A DNA stretch of 64,000 nt from Candidatus Eiseniibacteriota bacterium (GTDB lineage Bacteria > Eisenbacteria > RBG-16-71-46). Positions within the stretch are counted from its first letter, which is position 1, and each line of letters opens with the position of its first letter. The stretch spans positions 832,001-896,000 of the forward strand of contig CAVUWA010000002.1 in the NCBI GenBank assembly GCA_963744995.1, written 5' to 3'. The notes under the pieces were generated by a model. It had not been told where the DNA came from and did not search any database. It was given only the letters and a program-made list of their open reading frames with translations. Shown one piece after another: positions 62,839 to 64,000 of the stretch. The translations under genes were made by a program, and so were the position numbers.

Positions 62839-64000
62839 GCGACGGCCCGCTGCTTTTCAAGGGCATCGACACGCCCGGCCTCACCGGCCTCGACGTCTAT
62901 CGCCGTCAGGGCGGTTACGCGACCCTGACCGAAGTGCTCGGCAAGAAGCCGCCGGCCGACTGCATCGACGTCGTGAAGGCCTCCGGCCTGCGCGGCCGCG
63001 GGGGCGCGGGCTTCCCGACCGGGCTCAAGTGGAGCTTCGTCCCCAAGGACAGCCCGAAGGCGCGCTACGTGGTCTGCAACGCGGACGAGTCCGAGCCCGG
63101 AACCTTCAAGGACCGCGAGCTGATGACGAAGAACCCGCATCTGCTGATCGAGGGCATGGTCCTCGCGGGCTACTCGATCGGCTCCGCGACGGGCTACATC
63201 TATCTGCGCGGCGAGTTCGACTACATCCAGAAGATCCTCGACCGCGCGATCGCCGAGGCACGCGCGGCGGGACTCGTCGGCCGCAACATCGCCGGCAGCG
63301 GCGTGGACTTCGAGATCTACACGCACCTCGGTGCGGGCGCCTACATCTGCGGCGAGGAGACGGCGTTGTTGTCGTCGCTCGAGGGCTACCGCGGGCAGCC
63401 GCGCCTCAAGCCGCCCTTCCCGGCCGTGGAAGGGCTCTACGCCTCGCCGACCATCGTCAACAACGTCGAGACGCTGATGAACGTGCCGCACATCCTCGGA
63501 CACGGCGCCGACTGGTACCGCCAGTGGGGCACCGAGAAGAGCCCCGGCACCAAGATCCTCAGCGTGTCCGGCCCGGTGAAGCGGCCCGGCAACTACGAGG
63601 TCGCGATGGGCACGTCCCTGAAGACGCTGCTCGAAGAGCACTGCGGCGGGATGCGGGACGGCTGCGGGCTCAAGGCCGTGATCCCGGGCGGCTCCTCGGT
63701 GCCGCTGCTGCCGGCGTCGATGGTCGACACCGGCCTCGACTTCGAGTCGATGGTCGCGGCCGGGACGCTGCTGGGTTCGGGTGGGGTGATCGTGATCGAC
63801 GACCGCACCTGCATCGTCGACGCGCTCTACAACGTCACGCGCTTCTACGAGCACGAGTCCTGCGGCAAGTGCACGCCCTGCCGCGAGGGCACCTACTGGA
63901 TGACCGAGGTGTTCGAGCGCCTGGAGAACGGCAAGGGCCGCGAGACGGACATCGATCTGCTCGCGGACGTCTCGGACAACATCCTGGGCAAGTCGTTCTG
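62835..64000 (+). CDS. nuoF: NADH-quinone oxidoreductase subunit F, truncated by the window end
   Basis: Not in the ORF track. SGLRGRGGAGFPTGLKW, NADESEPGTFKDR, GAGAYICGEETA, HESCGKCTPCREG. Confidence 0.97.
   Translation, partial: MSDGPLLFKGIDTPGLTGLDVYRRQGGYATLTEVLGKKPPADCIDVVKASGLRGRGGAGFPTGLKWSFVPKDSPKARYVVCNADESEPGTFKDRELMTKNPHLLIEGMVLAGYSIGSATGYIYLRGEFDYIQKILDRAIAEARAAGLVGRNIAGSGVDFEIYTHLGAGAYICGEETALLSSLEGYRGQPRLKPPFPAVEGLYASPTIVNNVETLMNVPHILGHGADWYRQWGTEKSPGTKILSVSGPVKRPGNYEVAMGTSLKTLLEEHCGGMRDGCGLKAVIPGGSSVPLLPASMVDTGLDFESMVAAGTLLGSGGVIVIDDRTCIVDALYNVTRFYEHESCGKCTPCREGTYWMTEVFERLENGKGRETDIDLLADVSDNILGKSF

Noticed and set aside
1..64000. tRNA, rRNA, IS elements, integrases, prophage genes
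   Set aside because: None recognised by eye; nearly all sequence is accounted for by CDS. tRNAscan, Infernal and ISEScan were not run

Overview
High-GC bacterial chromosomal segment with about 63 CDS. I see no rRNA, tRNA, CRISPR array, integrase or IS element. PorV-family and FlgD-Ig C-terminal-domain proteins in a very GC-rich genome suggest an FCB-related lineage such as Ca. Eisenbacteria (inference only). Left to right: partial thrH; lrp-lat; a Nudix/metallo-beta-lactamase fusion; a FIST-kinase-hybrid regulator operon; and a near-complete type IVa pilus locus (pilT-B-C-A-V-W-X-M-N-O-P-Q, then pilD). Between pilQ and pilD lies a signal-peptide-bearing TPR-CHAT protease whose C-terminal membrane anchor is hidden by a 1-nt frameshift. 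Divergent from pilT, behind a candidate sigma54 promoter/enhancer, is a three-gene operon of two FN3 proteins and a PorV-family barrel fused through a ~92-residue Ala/Glu/Lys helix to LysM. Next come a permuted 2-oxoacid dehydrogenase operon running into crcB-DUF190, a DtxR-box-controlled mntR-mntH locus with a barrel-gene remnant, a glycan-modification islet, transport genes, lysA and three XRE-cupin regulators. The window ends with etfBA apparently co-transcribed with nuoA-F. The best candidates for undescribed biology are the peptidoglycan-tethered PorV/FN3 surface-display module, the exported membrane-anchored CHAT protease in the pilus locus, a PilT lacking both His-box histidines, and the etf-nuo operon. 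All family calls come from motif recognition by eye; no searches were run.
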